In this document: positions 18,240 to 28,813 of the stretch, piece by piece
Layout: each line of letters opens with the position of its first letter
How positions within the stretch are numbered: position 1 is the stretch's first letter
Assembly (NCBI GenBank): GCA_045540275.1
Contig: JAZQGX010000235.1
Span: forward strand, 7,610 to 71,609
Length of the DNA stretch: 64,000 nt
Source: Kiritimatiellia bacterium
GTDB lineage: Bacteria; Verrucomicrobiota; Kiritimatiellia; RFP12; UBA1067
Direction: 5' to 3'
Position numbers and translations under genes: made by a program
The notes under the pieces: model-generated
The model's input: the letters and a program-made list of their open reading frames with translations, nothing else
Told to the model about the DNA's origin: nothing
Database searches by the model: none

Positions 18240-21200
18240 ATGAATTTTAAAATGAAAATAGCCGCCACGCTCGTCTTCGGCGCAATTGTCATCGCCTTGA
18301 TGCGTCCAGCGCCGAAGCAGAATGAAGTACTTCTCGCGCGAAAAGGTCATAGCCCCGCAATGACCAGAGTGCGGTCGAACGCATACCCGGTAAAAAAAGC
18401 CCGCACGGTCGATCACAAAGTTTTTATTAAAACGCATGAGGTTCAGCATATTTGCGCTCCAGAATCCAGACTCGCCCCCATCCGGCAGCTGGCGAACGCA
18501 AACCAACCCATCGCCGATCAAAATCGGATGAATGACAAACAAGTGGTACTGCGCAAAAGAGTTATCAAAATCCCGCAATCCAAGATGCGCTTTGTCGGCG
18601 CAAATGCTCATATTCAGGAGCCGTCTCCCCGCGGAACCATCCCCCGGATTGCGATACTCAGAAAAAATTCAACCAGCTCTTGGGCCAAATCCCTGCCCGG
18701 CATCACCCTTCACGGCTATCTCCCCTCGAAAGCCTGGCTGATTGAAGCAACCGATGAAGGTCTTAAAAACCTTTATCTTCACCCCGACGTCGTCGCCGTC
18801 GACGAATGGCGTCCATCCGATAAGACCCATCCCGTCATCGATGCATTTTCTGAGCATCTTAACCCGTCGGATATGATTCGACTCTCGGTGCGTTTTTTCA
18901 ATGCCGCTGATACTCGCTTTCTGATGGATATCACCAGCTCATGCGGAGGTAAAACGCTCTCTGTCACCACCCACGACCAATGGTGTTCCATGCACATTGT
19001 CGCACCGGTAAAAACCATCGCCGAATTGTCTTCTTCGGGAGCGGTACAGTGGATTGAGGAATCACGACAGCTGGCGATGAGCAACTTCCGGGCCGTATTG
19101 CCCGACGCATTGAATGTCACCAACAGTTGGCTGCAACTGGGAATCGCCGGGAAAGATCAGGTAATCGGCCATGCCGACTCAGGGATAGACACCGGCAGGC
19201 TTGATGGCATCCACCCCGATTTTACCAATACCGTAATGGCGCTCATAAGCTATGTTGGCGGCGGTACCGAAGACTATGACGGTCACGGAACCCATACCGC
19301 AGGCTCGCTCGTAGGCGACGGTTCTGCCAGTCAGGGTAAAATCAAAGGAGTCGCATGGCAGTCAAAACTCGTGCACCAGTGTGTAATAGATAAAGACGGG
19401 TATTTTTCCGATTTTAACATTTATTCGCTTTTTTCAGACACCCTTGATTACGGCGCCACCATCCATTCCGACAGCTGGGGCGACACCGGCAATTTCGGCG
19501 TATACAGCATCGATTGTCAGGATACCGATTTGTTCGTTTGGGACAACCCAGAATTTCTACCGGTATTCGCCGCAGGCAACTTCGGCACCGATTCCAATAA
19601 TGATGGGGTGATCGACTCCGGATCGATTACCGCCCCCTCTTGCGCAAAAAATGTTATTTCAGTCGGCGCCGCCGAAAACCACCACGACAGCGACGGATTC
19701 AGTTCATATCGATGGAGCGACCTTTATTCGCCAAAATGCAGTTTCAACGCCGATCCCATCAAATCAGACTACATAACCACGTCGGCCGACACTGAAAACG
19801 GCTTGCGCGGAATGGCGGCGTTTTCAAGTCGTGGTCCCTGCGAAGACGGAAGAATCAAGCCCGACCTCGTCGCTCCCGGTTCGGATATTTACTCCTGCCG
19901 GTCAACGCTGACTTCAGGCAGCGGATTCTACCGCTATGATCTGGGCACCAGCATGTCTACGCCTTTAGTTGCTGGTTGCGCGGCACTGGCCAGACAATAC
20001 CTGATTGAAAAACACAATATTGAATCTCCAAGTGCGGCGATGGTGAAGAGCATCCTGCTCAACAGCGCAAAATCGCTTACGCCCGGTCAATACGGGATCG
20101 GCGCACACCGCGAAATCCCCGCCGCGACCCCGAACAACGTTGAAGGTTGGGGAATGGCCGACATTGAACGGGTCGTAAATGCAAGTAATACTCTTTCATG
20201 GGTTGCCGATCGAATCGAAGTTTTGGAAGATTCCCCCTACTCATTTGAATTCGAAGTGAACAAAACCGGAGAAGATTTAGCAGCGACTCTGTCGTGGACC
20301 GACTATCCGGGGACACCGGGTAGCGGCAGCATGCTGATCAATGATCTTGACCTCACTCTAACTCTTCCCGACGGTACCGTCGTCATTCCCAATTCGCTCG
20401 GCCAGGCCGATCGCCTCAACACGGTTGAGTCAATAAAAATCTCCCCGGCGCCGGTTGGAAAATACAAGCTGACCGTCTCTGCCCACGCGTTACCATATCA
20501 GGGCGCGGTTGCGGCACTCGCTTTGCGCGGAGCGCTGAGTAACTTGCCGGACACGCACACGCTTACCATCAAGATGATCGATGAGAGCAATCCTGATTCA
20601 GTTTTCAAAGAATACACCTTGCATTATGCCCATTCTCAAACAATCAGCTCGCCTGCCGCCCCGTCAATAATCTGGGTAGATAATGGGGGCATCAGCGACC
20701 CGTATGTTTTCTGTTCCTGGGAAATCGACGGCGTCCGTCAGCCCGATGGGAAAACGACCGCCGCAAACCCGGTGCATAACATCGTGATGAATGCCAATCG
20801 TACTGCAACAGCGCGATATGAAAGTTTTTTCAGGACTGATCCGCTTTATGGAGATTATTTCACCTTCTCCTGGTGGAACAAACGCTATTTCGGCGGCGAG
20901 GGGACGGCAGAAGATTTGAACTGGAGCGCAAATCCCGATTCGGATTGGGCGAATAACGCATACGAGATGTATGATTATACCGATCCGCGAAACGCGGCGG
21001 ATTCCCCGCGCGAACCGTCAATAACCGTGAAGGCTCTACCTGTATTCAACAGTGAACGCTGTCCCTGGCCGGTTATTGCGGAGATTACCGACAATCTTAT
21101 TGTCGCCGACGCCAACCTGATTTGGCGGCAGAAAGGCGAAACCTCATGGCGGCATACCCCAATGACACAGCTGACCGATACGCTTTGGGGCGCGTATCTC

Positions 21201-22055
21201 GAGCCGACCAATTACGGGAATGCCCGAATCGATTATTATGTTGCGGCGGCGGATTGGCTGCAGTACAATCTCAACGAAACGACGAGCAGTCCCGTTTACA
21301 GCGTAATCGGCGACTACACCAACCCTTGGCCGCAACTCACCCCGGACAAGCTGCCCGATCTGGTTATGTATGGTGAACAGGCCGTGGTGGAGCTAACCTT
21401 GGAAAATCTTGCGGGAGCCGATCTGCAATGGAACGCAACGCTTTCAAACGAACCCGAAGGATCGTGGATTACAACGGATAGCGCATTGCAGGGTTCGCTG
21501 GTCGCCAGAGAAAAGACCGGCATCATTCTCAACCTTGACAGCTCCAAGCTTCCCGTGGGCAGTTTGGGCAAGGTCGGCATCAAAATCGACCATAACGAAC
21601 CGGGCAGTACCGAGCGCGAATTCACGGTAAAGCGACTGCCGCTGATCGCCGGGATACACGGTGTGCCGGTCGCGTGGATGCGTGCGCACGGCATTGAAAC
21701 TGACAACTACGATCTTGCCGCCGAAAGCGATCTCGACGGCGACGGATTTGCAACGTGGCAGGAGTGGCATGCCGACACCGATCCGCTTGACGCCGACTCA
21801 TCACTGGGTATTATCGCCTTCGAGTTAAAAAATGGCACTGCGTCAATAAAATGGAAAGGCGGCGTCAATGCGACTCAATGGCTTGAATGCGCCGCCTCCC
21901 CTGCCGGCGGCTGGACGAAATGCGTTACGCTGAATCCGCCCACCGGCATCACCAATGCCATCGGCGTCCCGGCTTCCGTCCACAAAGAAAAACCATTTTT
22001 TCGAATATCGGTTCCGTTAAAGAAATCACTGGCTCTGGAGAATATAAATGAGTAA
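18240..22055 (+). CDS. Secreted S8 subtilase (KP-43-like) with C-terminal extension domains
   Basis: Catalytic triad DSGID, HGTHTAG, GTSMSTP; oxyanion AAGN; P-domain-like WTDYPG...INDLDL; C-terminal DLDGDGFATWQEWHADTDP; start 18240 or 18252. Confidence 0.9.
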   Translation: MNFKMKIAATLVFGAIVIALMRPAPKQNEVLLARKGHSPAMTRVRSNAYPVKKARTVDHKVFIKTHEVQHICAPESRLAPIRQLANANQPIADQNRMNDKQVVLRKRVIKIPQSKMRFVGANAHIQEPSPRGTIPRIAILRKNSTSSWAKSLPGITLHGYLPSKAWLIEATDEGLKNLYLHPDVVAVDEWRPSDKTHPVIDAFSEHLNPSDMIRLSVRFFNAADTRFLMDITSSCGGKTLSVTTHDQWCSMHIVAPVKTIAELSSSGAVQWIEESRQLAMSNFRAVLPDALNVTNSWLQLGIAGKDQVIGHADSGIDTGRLDGIHPDFTNTVMALISYVGGGTEDYDGHGTHTAGSLVGDGSASQGKIKGVAWQSKLVHQCVIDKDGYFSDFNIYSLFSDTLDYGATIHSDSWGDTGNFGVYSIDCQDTDLFVWDNPEFLPVFAAGNFGTDSNNDGVIDSGSITAPSCAKNVISVGAAENHHDSDGFSSYRWSDLYSPKCSFNADPIKSDYITTSADTENGLRGMAAFSSRGPCEDGRIKPDLVAPGSDIYSCRSTLTSGSGFYRYDLGTSMSTPLVAGCAALARQYLIEKHNIESPSAAMVKSILLNSAKSLTPGQYGIGAHREIPAATPNNVEGWGMADIERVVNASNTLSWVADRIEVLEDSPYSFEFEVNKTGEDLAATLSWTDYPGTPGSGSMLINDLDLTLTLPDGTVVIPNSLGQADRLNTVESIKISPAPVGKYKLTVSAHALPYQGAVAALALRGALSNLPDTHTLTIKMIDESNPDSVFKEYTLHYAHSQTISSPAAPSIIWVDNGGISDPYVFCSWEIDGVRQPDGKTTAANPVHNIVMNANRTATARYESFFRTDPLYGDYFTFSWWNKRYFGGEGTAEDLNWSANPDSDWANNAYEMYDYTDPRNAADSPREPSITVKALPVFNSERCPWPVIAEITDNLIVADANLIWRQKGETSWRHTPMTQLTDTLWGAYLEPTNYGNARIDYYVAAADWLQYNLNETTSSPVYSVIGDYTNPWPQLTPDKLPDLVMYGEQAVVELTLENLAGADLQWNATLSNEPEGSWITTDSALQGSLVAREKTGIILNLDSSKLPVGSLGKVGIKIDHNEPGSTEREFTVKRLPLIAGIHGVPVAWMRAHGIETDNYDLAAESDLDGDGFATWQEWHADTDPLDADSSLGIIAFELKNGTASIKWKGGVNATQWLECAASPAGGWTKCVTLNPPTGITNAIGVPASVHKEKPFFRISVPLKKSLALENINE

Positions 22056-22818
22056 AACGGCACGAGGGGTCTTGATAACCGGCGCCAGCTCTGGAATAGG
22101 CGCTGCGCTTTGCCTCAGATGGGCGGAGTGCTGCGAGACGCTCTTCATCTGCGGTCGAGACGAAAAACGCCTTAACGACGTCGCAAACCAGGTGTTTGAA
22201 GCCGGGTTCAAGCGGCCGCATGCAGCCGTCATCGACGTCGGTGATGCCGACGGCATGAAAATCTGGATGCAGAAGTGCAATCAAATCACGCCGCTCGACA
22301 TCGTCCATGCCAATGCCGGGGTTTCTACCGGAGAAGAAAACGAAATAAACATCCGCAACACTTTTCGCGTTAACGTCAACGGGGTGCTGAACACCGTGCT
22401 GCCCGCCGTTGAAATAATGAAACAGGACGGGGAACGTCAATATCCAAAACGGATTGCGATAACCTCATCGATAGCCGGCTATCACGGTTTGAGCGGCTGT
22501 CCCAGCTATTCGGCGACAAAAGCGTGTGTCAAAGCGTGGGGAGCCGGGCTGCGCGGATTTCTTGCGCGGAACGGCATTGGCGTAAATGTGATTTGTCCGG
22601 GATTTGTCCGCTCGCGCATCACCGACAAAAACACCTGCCCGATGCCCTTTTTCATGGAAGCAGAACCGGCGGCGAAAATCATCGTCAAAGGAGTTCTGAA
22701 AAACAGTCCGATCATCGCATTTCCATTACCGATGCGTCTTGCCGCATGGATGGTTTCCATACTACCGGAACGGCTCGGAGAATTGATCTTCCGGGCATTG
22801 CCGAAAAAATCAACCTGA
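22048..22818 (+). CDS. Short-chain dehydrogenase/reductase
   Basis: TGASSGIG, NAG, YSATK, PGFV. Confidence 0.92.
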   Translation: MSKTARGVLITGASSGIGAALCLRWAECCETLFICGRDEKRLNDVANQVFEAGFKRPHAAVIDVGDADGMKIWMQKCNQITPLDIVHANAGVSTGEENEINIRNTFRVNVNGVLNTVLPAVEIMKQDGERQYPKRIAITSSIAGYHGLSGCPSYSATKACVKAWGAGLRGFLARNGIGVNVICPGFVRSRITDKNTCPMPFFMEAEPAAKIIVKGVLKNSPIIAFPLPMRLAAWMVSILPERLGELIFRALPKKST

Positions 22819-25191
22819 AACACGCCGACGGAATTTAAAAATCGCCAGCGACACCGAAACCGGCACCGCTACCAGCAGTGCAGAAACCACCGCTCCTGCG
22901 GCGCCGTAACCGATCTCCGCGAAAGGAACGGCGAAGGAGGCGGGCAACCCCCAGTGCGACATTGCACTCCTGGTGGCCCAGGTAAACAACCATCCCGCCA
23001 AGGCTCCGACCGGGAAACCGAACACCATTCCACAACCCGCCACACGCATCGCCTCCCCCACCATCCTTGCTGCCAATTGAACCCGCGTTGCACCGACGGC
23101 TCGCAAAATTTCAAACTCGCGCCGCGAAGCATCGGCAAAACCGGTCAACATGGCGACGAAGCCGAGCGAAAGCACAATCAGAAAAACAAACGGCACCCTG
23201 ACCATAGCGCCAATGAGCTTCGCCCCGTGCGCCAGTGTACCATCGGCGATTTCATCGCGGGAATGAAGTCTGATTGCGCACTCGACGGGATTGCCCAAGC
23301 GATTAGTTATTTCTCGTTCGACTCTTCTGCCGGCGCCGAAAACACCGTGACGCTCGACAAATGCGGGTTTGTAGCGCAGCCAAAGATGGGTCATTTTTGA
23401 CATTAACGAAGGAACCGGCAGTATATTGTACATCGTTTCGAAAGAGACGAAAACTGGGCCATCGGTGTCCGACGGCATGCCGTTAAGTCCGCGCACCAGT
23501 CCGCGGCTGGTAACCATGTGCCAATTCAAATCGGCAACAGCGGCGATTTTCAACCGGTGCACCTCACCGCGCACTTGAACAACCAACTCGTCACCCGGCT
23601 TAAGGCGGCGAGCTCTGGCCATCATCCAGGTAATAATGCACGCCTTTTCCCGCTTTACCGAATCAATCGCCACATCTCGGTTGCCGCTGATTATTTTAAG
23701 AGGGAGCAACGGCTCTTTGCCATCGAACATCAATTCAGGGCGACCGGCCATCAGAAGCGCATTTCTCAGCGAAACGCCGCCGCGCCCGCTGCGCTTCGTT
23801 TCTTCGTGCGGGAAAAACGGAGCTTGAATCACCTGCAGTTCGCCTATCCGTTCAACTCCGTCAAGTCCTGAGAGCTTATCAATGTCGTAAGGAGAAACTC
23901 CGCCAGGCAAAAGTGAAACTATTGCGTCAGGCCACTCTTTCGACGGAATAAACGATTTCATCAGCGAAGCGCCCCACACTTCGACGGCGACGAATGCGCC
24001 GAATCCGCAAGCAAATGCAATCATCATTCCGATGCGTCGGTATTTCACGGAATTTGGACTGTCCTGCGAAGCCACCTCCAGCGCGCGAACAGACAGTGCG
24101 GGACGCAAAACGCAAAGAGCTGCCGGTACGCAAAGAACAATCGAACAGAGCGCCACGGTTGCTGCAACCGACCAGCTGAATACCGCCCCTTCAGGGAACA
24201 GCGACGATTCGCAAAAGACGTAGATTTTCAAAGATGCCGCCGCCAACCCGCACCCGAGTAGCGAACCGGCCAATCCCGCCATTAACGACTCGGCAGCAAC
24301 CATTCTCGCAACACCATGGCTGGTCATGCCGACCACACGAAGCAACGAGATATTCCGTCTCGTCGCCTCGACCGACAACAGCAGCGAATTAACCAAGAGG
24401 CACAGGGCGCTCATTGCCGCCGCCCATAGCATCAACGGACCGGCACGATCGAGATTGCGCCCGGCATCGGATGCGAACTGCGAGGAAATATCGTCGATTC
24501 CTGAAACTCCAGATGCGTCGACATTATGCTTCCAGAGGCGGATTTTCCCGTTTTGCCGGTTTTTGATACCGTCGAAGGCTGTCCTATTTGCAAAAACCCC
24601 CGGGAAGCCGAGCGGTGTCTTTTCTTGTTCGAGCACTCCTACCAATTTTGCGCTGAGAGTCTTGTTCTCACCGATGAATTTAATCATCGCGCCTAGTTGC
24701 GGTATCTCACCGCGTCCGAAGCGACTTAATGCAGATCTGGCGGCAACGACCTGCGCCTCATCAGCATTCCATTCCGGCCAAGTGCCGACCAGCGCGGCGT
24801 TGCCGAATATATTTGACGCGGACGATGGGGAAATTACCGTTCGCGCGGGAGGCCCTTGCAACACACGTCCCCCGGGGCGCAAATCAATCGCCACGGGAAT
24901 TGCCTCAAGCGTCAAATCTGCCTCGGGTAAATTGGTCGGATCAGAATGAGACATCTTTTTTTTCGAAGTCGCCTCGCCCCGCCGCCCGGGAAACATTTTG
25001 ACTCCTTCAATTTTCCAACTCTTCCATGGCGAAACGGTTTTGGCCGCACGGACGGATGCTTGCGCGTCGTTGGTTGCTTCGAGGGAAAACACAAAATCCA
25101 CAGCACCACCGGCGGCGGCTATTCCCAACGCTGCACAGAGAAATCGCACTTTACCGCGGAGAATGTTTTTTATGGCAAGCGAGAAAATCAT
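22810..25191 (-). CDS. ABC exporter permease, FtsX/MacB family (duplicated)
   Basis: Two MacB-like repeats with LLRVVGM and ILRAVGAT motifs and multiple TMs; start 25191 by ATGA overlap. Confidence 0.82.
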   Translation of the reverse strand: MIFSLAIKNILRGKVRFLCAALGIAAAGGAVDFVFSLEATNDAQASVRAAKTVSPWKSWKIEGVKMFPGRRGEATSKKKMSHSDPTNLPEADLTLEAIPVAIDLRPGGRVLQGPPARTVISPSSASNIFGNAALVGTWPEWNADEAQVVAARSALSRFGRGEIPQLGAMIKFIGENKTLSAKLVGVLEQEKTPLGFPGVFANRTAFDGIKNRQNGKIRLWKHNVDASGVSGIDDISSQFASDAGRNLDRAGPLMLWAAAMSALCLLVNSLLLSVEATRRNISLLRVVGMTSHGVARMVAAESLMAGLAGSLLGCGLAAASLKIYVFCESSLFPEGAVFSWSVAATVALCSIVLCVPAALCVLRPALSVRALEVASQDSPNSVKYRRIGMMIAFACGFGAFVAVEVWGASLMKSFIPSKEWPDAIVSLLPGGVSPYDIDKLSGLDGVERIGELQVIQAPFFPHEETKRSGRGGVSLRNALLMAGRPELMFDGKEPLLPLKIISGNRDVAIDSVKREKACIITWMMARARRLKPGDELVVQVRGEVHRLKIAAVADLNWHMVTSRGLVRGLNGMPSDTDGPVFVSFETMYNILPVPSLMSKMTHLWLRYKPAFVERHGVFGAGRRVEREITNRLGNPVECAIRLHSRDEIADGTLAHGAKLIGAMVRVPFVFLIVLSLGFVAMLTGFADASRREFEILRAVGATRVQLAARMVGEAMRVAGCGMVFGFPVGALAGWLFTWATRSAMSHWGLPASFAVPFAEIGYGAAGAVVSALLVAVPVSVSLAIFKFRRRVSG

Positions 25192-25922
25192 CGGCAGAAC
25201 TCCAGATATGCCTTTGAAATTTCTGACGCATCGTGCATAGCTTCGAGCGATGCGCAAATCCTACCGTCCTTCATGAAGTGAACTTTGTTTGCGTACGCAG
25301 CGACCATTGGATCGTGCGTCACCAGCAAAATGGCGCTTTTTTCGACCCGATTGAGACTTGATAAGGTTTCACACAGCCGGGCGGACGCCTCCATATCGAG
25401 ATTGCCGGTAGGTTCATCGGCAAGAACGACATCAGGCTTTGCAACTAGTGCGCGTGCTACCGCCACCCGTTGACGCTCGCCGCCGGACAAATGTTGGGGC
25501 AATGCCTTGCGTTTGGCCGAAATCCCCAAAATGTCCAGCAAGCGGTCAAGACGCTCGCGGTCGACGGGAGAACCCGCCAGCTTCAGCGGAAGCGCGATGT
25601 TGGCGCACACATCAAGCGATTCAACCAGATTGAACGACTGGAAAATCACTCCGAGATGCTCGCGACGGAACACCGCCGCCTCAGTATCGGACATTTGAGT
25701 AATTTCACGGCCGCCGATTTCTATTTTGCCGGAATCGGGAAGCAGCAGTCCGCATGCCAAATGAAGGAAGGTCGACTTGCCCGATCCCGAAGGTCCCATC
25801 AATGCCTCGAATGAACCGGGGCGAATCGCCAAATCGAAGTCCTTGAGCACGGCATTCCCCGCGCCGTAATGGTGGCATACCTTACAAGCATCAAGCGCAT
25901 TCATTATTAACTCCATTGTCAT
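25188..25922 (-). CDS. ABC transporter ATP-binding protein (LolD/MacB-like)
   Basis: [30 protein letters not shown]. Confidence 0.93.
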   Translation of the reverse strand: MTMELIMNALDACKVCHHYGAGNAVLKDFDLAIRPGSFEALMGPSGSGKSTFLHLACGLLLPDSGKIEIGGREITQMSDTEAAVFRREHLGVIFQSFNLVESLDVCANIALPLKLAGSPVDRERLDRLLDILGISAKRKALPQHLSGGERQRVAVARALVAKPDVVLADEPTGNLDMEASARLCETLSSLNRVEKSAILLVTHDPMVAAYANKVHFMKDGRICASLEAMHDASEISKAYLEFCR

Positions 25923-26000
25923 CGTTCACGACTATAGCAACGCACGAAATAGCGGTAAGGTTCACCGCAACTTGCAAATGCCGTGTTTCCGGACAAAGTA

Positions 26001-26681
26001 TTATTTGCCGAACCAGGCCGTGAGCCGGGCACCCCAAAGGCGGTTGAACATTCCGACAAAACGACCGACGAGCAATGCAATGAGCACTGTTCCCTCGCGT
26101 ACCGCCGCAAGCTTGTGCGGGGGAGCGGACAATGAAATAACCACGGCTATCGACAACAACGAAATATCAACGATGTTTTTGGCATCATGAAACTTTAGTC
26201 TTCCATTTGTCGCATCGCTCCAGGCAAGCGAAAGCCCCTCGGCAGGCATGGGGATCAGACGCGGCAGGATGTACAGCGAAACGCCGGCACCAATTAGGAC
26301 GGCCGAAACAAGAGTGTAGACTATCATCATCAGGTAAGAGCCAGGCTCCGGTAAAAATGAAAGCAGATGTCCACGGTCAGTCCAGTAGACGAAAAAGGCC
26401 AGCAGAAACGATGTGGCGAATTGCAGCAGCTGAACAGGCGCATATTTGCGGCGCAAGATGACGATCTGCAAGAGGATGAGCAATGCGAAAACAAAATAAA
26501 TGTAATAGGACAGATGCAGCTCAAGTCCGAACACACCCTGAGCACGCTCAAGCGCGTAAGGCGTCGCACTGACCGCTGAGATGCCCAATGCCGCACATTT
26601 GGAAACATTGATTCCAATCGCAATGACAAAAAAACCTACAACGTAGGAAATAATTCTGCGTACGAGATTTGCAATGTTCAT
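26001..26681 (-). CDS. YczE/YitT-like (DUF6198) membrane protein
   Basis: LGISAVSATPY, PMPAEG, VREGT motifs; about 6 TMs. Confidence 0.72.
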   Translation of the reverse strand: MNIANLVRRIISYVVGFFVIAIGINVSKCAALGISAVSATPYALERAQGVFGLELHLSYYIYFVFALLILLQIVILRRKYAPVQLLQFATSFLLAFFVYWTDRGHLLSFLPEPGSYLMMIVYTLVSAVLIGAGVSLYILPRLIPMPAEGLSLAWSDATNGRLKFHDAKNIVDISLLSIAVVISLSAPPHKLAAVREGTVLIALLVGRFVGMFNRLWGARLTAWFGK

Positions 26682-26700
26682 CTCTTCATCCTCCTGATTT

Positions 26701-27957
26701 TTATTTGCCAGAACAATTCTCTTCAGATAAAAACTCCGTCACCGACTCGAATCTGGCCGTTCGCGGAAACATGTTGAAAAGTTTTGCACTCGCCGGACGG
26801 TATCCGCCTTTCGCAAGCAACTTCGCATCTCGCGCCAGCGTGGCGGGATCGCATGAAACGTAAATCACCTTTGCAAAACGGTGTTTGACCACCGACTCGA
26901 TGCATCCTGAATCGGCACCGCCCCGCGGCGGATCCATAATGACGGTGGTTCGAGTCGCGTCCCGTATCCACTTTTGGTGAATCGCTCCGCCCCCCGTCAG
27001 AGAAGCGCGGATAAAACGCGCAGCAACGCCGCAGGCGGCAGCGTTCTTTCGCGCCAGTTCAATCGCATCACCGCAAGATTCTATTCCGGTGGACGTTAGC
27101 GCTCCGCATTGTGCGCAGAGAATGCCAAATACTCCCACCCCGCAAAAAAGGTCAAGCACATGCGGGGTTTTGGACCGACCGTCCGAATACAAATCTGCCA
27201 CATGCCCGGCGACCGCCGTACTCACCTCGCGATTGATCTGATAGAAACCGCTGGCTTTTACCTCAAGCATTCCGCAGAGCGCGCACTCACGCAAAAGCGG
27301 CTCGCATTTAGTTTCGAAAACATCGGTATCCGCATTCCAGAAGCTCTTCCTGCCGTGGCGAGAAATGCGTATAACGCTTTCACCGGCCCCCGAAGCTGAA
27401 CGAAACACCACATCGTCACCATTTTTGAGGGAGACAAACGCCTTGCTTGATCGAAAACGAGACAACAGCGAATTGACTTCAGGATTCGCCAATGGACATT
27501 TAGGAGTGTCGACGACCAGATGCGAAGACTCTTGCCGGTAACCTAGCAAACCGTCGGAAAAATGGAGTGTTATCTTGTTGCGATAATGCAATACAGCGGG
27601 GGAATTTTCCGGTGGAAGAAAAATATCAACATCACCGAAAATGCGATTGAGAAAATCGGCGTACTGTTCCTGCTTGGCAGCAAGTTCAGCTTCGGGAGTC
27701 AAATGCGCATATACGCAGCCAGGTGCAGGCCTGTAGCTTATCAGGCAGTTGCAGTCAATTCGATCTGGAGAGGCCTCTTCGATTTGCAACAGCTCTGCTT
27801 CTGCGAAATTTTTGCGCATGCGCGTCACTCTGACGCGCACCTTCTCTCCTTTTAACACGCCAGGGATGAAAACCACCACGCCGTCGATGCGGGCGAGCCC
27901 TTTACCGCCGTAGACAAGCTTCTCAATGGAACATGAAAACTCATCGCCGCTTTTCAT
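26701..27957 (-). CDS. TRAM-domain RNA (uracil-5)-methyltransferase, RlmD/TrmA family
   Basis: N-terminal TRAM (IEKLVYGGKG), FYQIN, LDLFCGVG, DPPRGG, YVSCDPATLARD, MFPRT. Confidence 0.88.
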   Translation of the reverse strand: MKSGDEFSCSIEKLVYGGKGLARIDGVVVFIPGVLKGEKVRVRVTRMRKNFAEAELLQIEEASPDRIDCNCLISYRPAPGCVYAHLTPEAELAAKQEQYADFLNRIFGDVDIFLPPENSPAVLHYRNKITLHFSDGLLGYRQESSHLVVDTPKCPLANPEVNSLLSRFRSSKAFVSLKNGDDVVFRSASGAGESVIRISRHGRKSFWNADTDVFETKCEPLLRECALCGMLEVKASGFYQINREVSTAVAGHVADLYSDGRSKTPHVLDLFCGVGVFGILCAQCGALTSTGIESCGDAIELARKNAAACGVAARFIRASLTGGGAIHQKWIRDATRTTVIMDPPRGGADSGCIESVVKHRFAKVIYVSCDPATLARDAKLLAKGGYRPASAKLFNMFPRTARFESVTEFLSEENCSGK

Positions 27958-28811
27958 CGCTCAGCCTCTTTTGACGCATTGAGCAGCATTTCCACCTCGG
28001 CGCCCCATTTGCTCTCATCAGGGGTCTCCAGCACTAGAGGAATCCCCCTGAATCTGACATCCTTGGCGATTGCGAGGAAAAGCTCCGCGCCGATTTTTCC
28101 GAATCCGATGGATTGATGCCGATCTTTTCGAGAGGCAAAATCAACCATCGAATCATTAAGATGCATACCGCGCAGATATTTCAAACCGATAAGACGGTCG
28201 AATTCGTCTACTGCTGCCTGCCAACCTGATTTTTCATGTACCGCAATACCGGCACCGAAACTGTGCATGGTGTCAATGCAGACTCCGATCCGGGTCTTGT
28301 CGCCGACACCATCAATTATAGCGGCAAGCTCGCTGAACGTCGAGCCGAGATTGCCGCCGGAGCCGGCGGTATTCTCCAACACGATAGAGACCCCGGAAGT
28401 TGCAGCCAATGCGCGGTTTATTGAATCGGAAACCAATTCACACGCGGCCTCCGTCGAAATCAACTTGAGAGAACTGCCGGGATGGAGGTTCAAACGGTCA
28501 AGACCGAGACTGGCACAAATTTCAAGTTCGCAAACCAGTGAATCGAGCGAACGATTGCGCTTGTCCACGTCGGGATTGGCGAGATTGATGAGGTAGCCGG
28601 CATGAGGCAGCACACATGATGCGTTATACCCAAACGATTCCATGGCCTCGGCAAATCGTTCCGCTTCCGAAGCGGTTGGTATCTTCGCCTGCCACTGCCG
28701 CTGATTCTTGACAAACATTCCAAATCCGGTCGCGCCGAACGAATGGGCGTTGAGCGGAGCGTTGAAAACTCCACCGGAAATAGAAACATGCGGTCCGATA
28801 AAAAAATCCAT
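27954..28811 (-). CDS. nfo: Endonuclease IV (AP endonuclease)
   Basis: GPHVS, PHAGYLINL, HPGS, LENTAG, CIDTMH, HLNDS, DRH, LETP. Confidence 0.95.
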   Translation of the reverse strand: MDFFIGPHVSISGGVFNAPLNAHSFGATGFGMFVKNQRQWQAKIPTASEAERFAEAMESFGYNASCVLPHAGYLINLANPDVDKRNRSLDSLVCELEICASLGLDRLNLHPGSSLKLISTEAACELVSDSINRALAATSGVSIVLENTAGSGGNLGSTFSELAAIIDGVGDKTRIGVCIDTMHSFGAGIAVHEKSGWQAAVDEFDRLIGLKYLRGMHLNDSMVDFASRKDRHQSIGFGKIGAELFLAIAKDVRFRGIPLVLETPDESKWGAEVEMLLNASKEAER

Positions 28812-28813
28812 CG

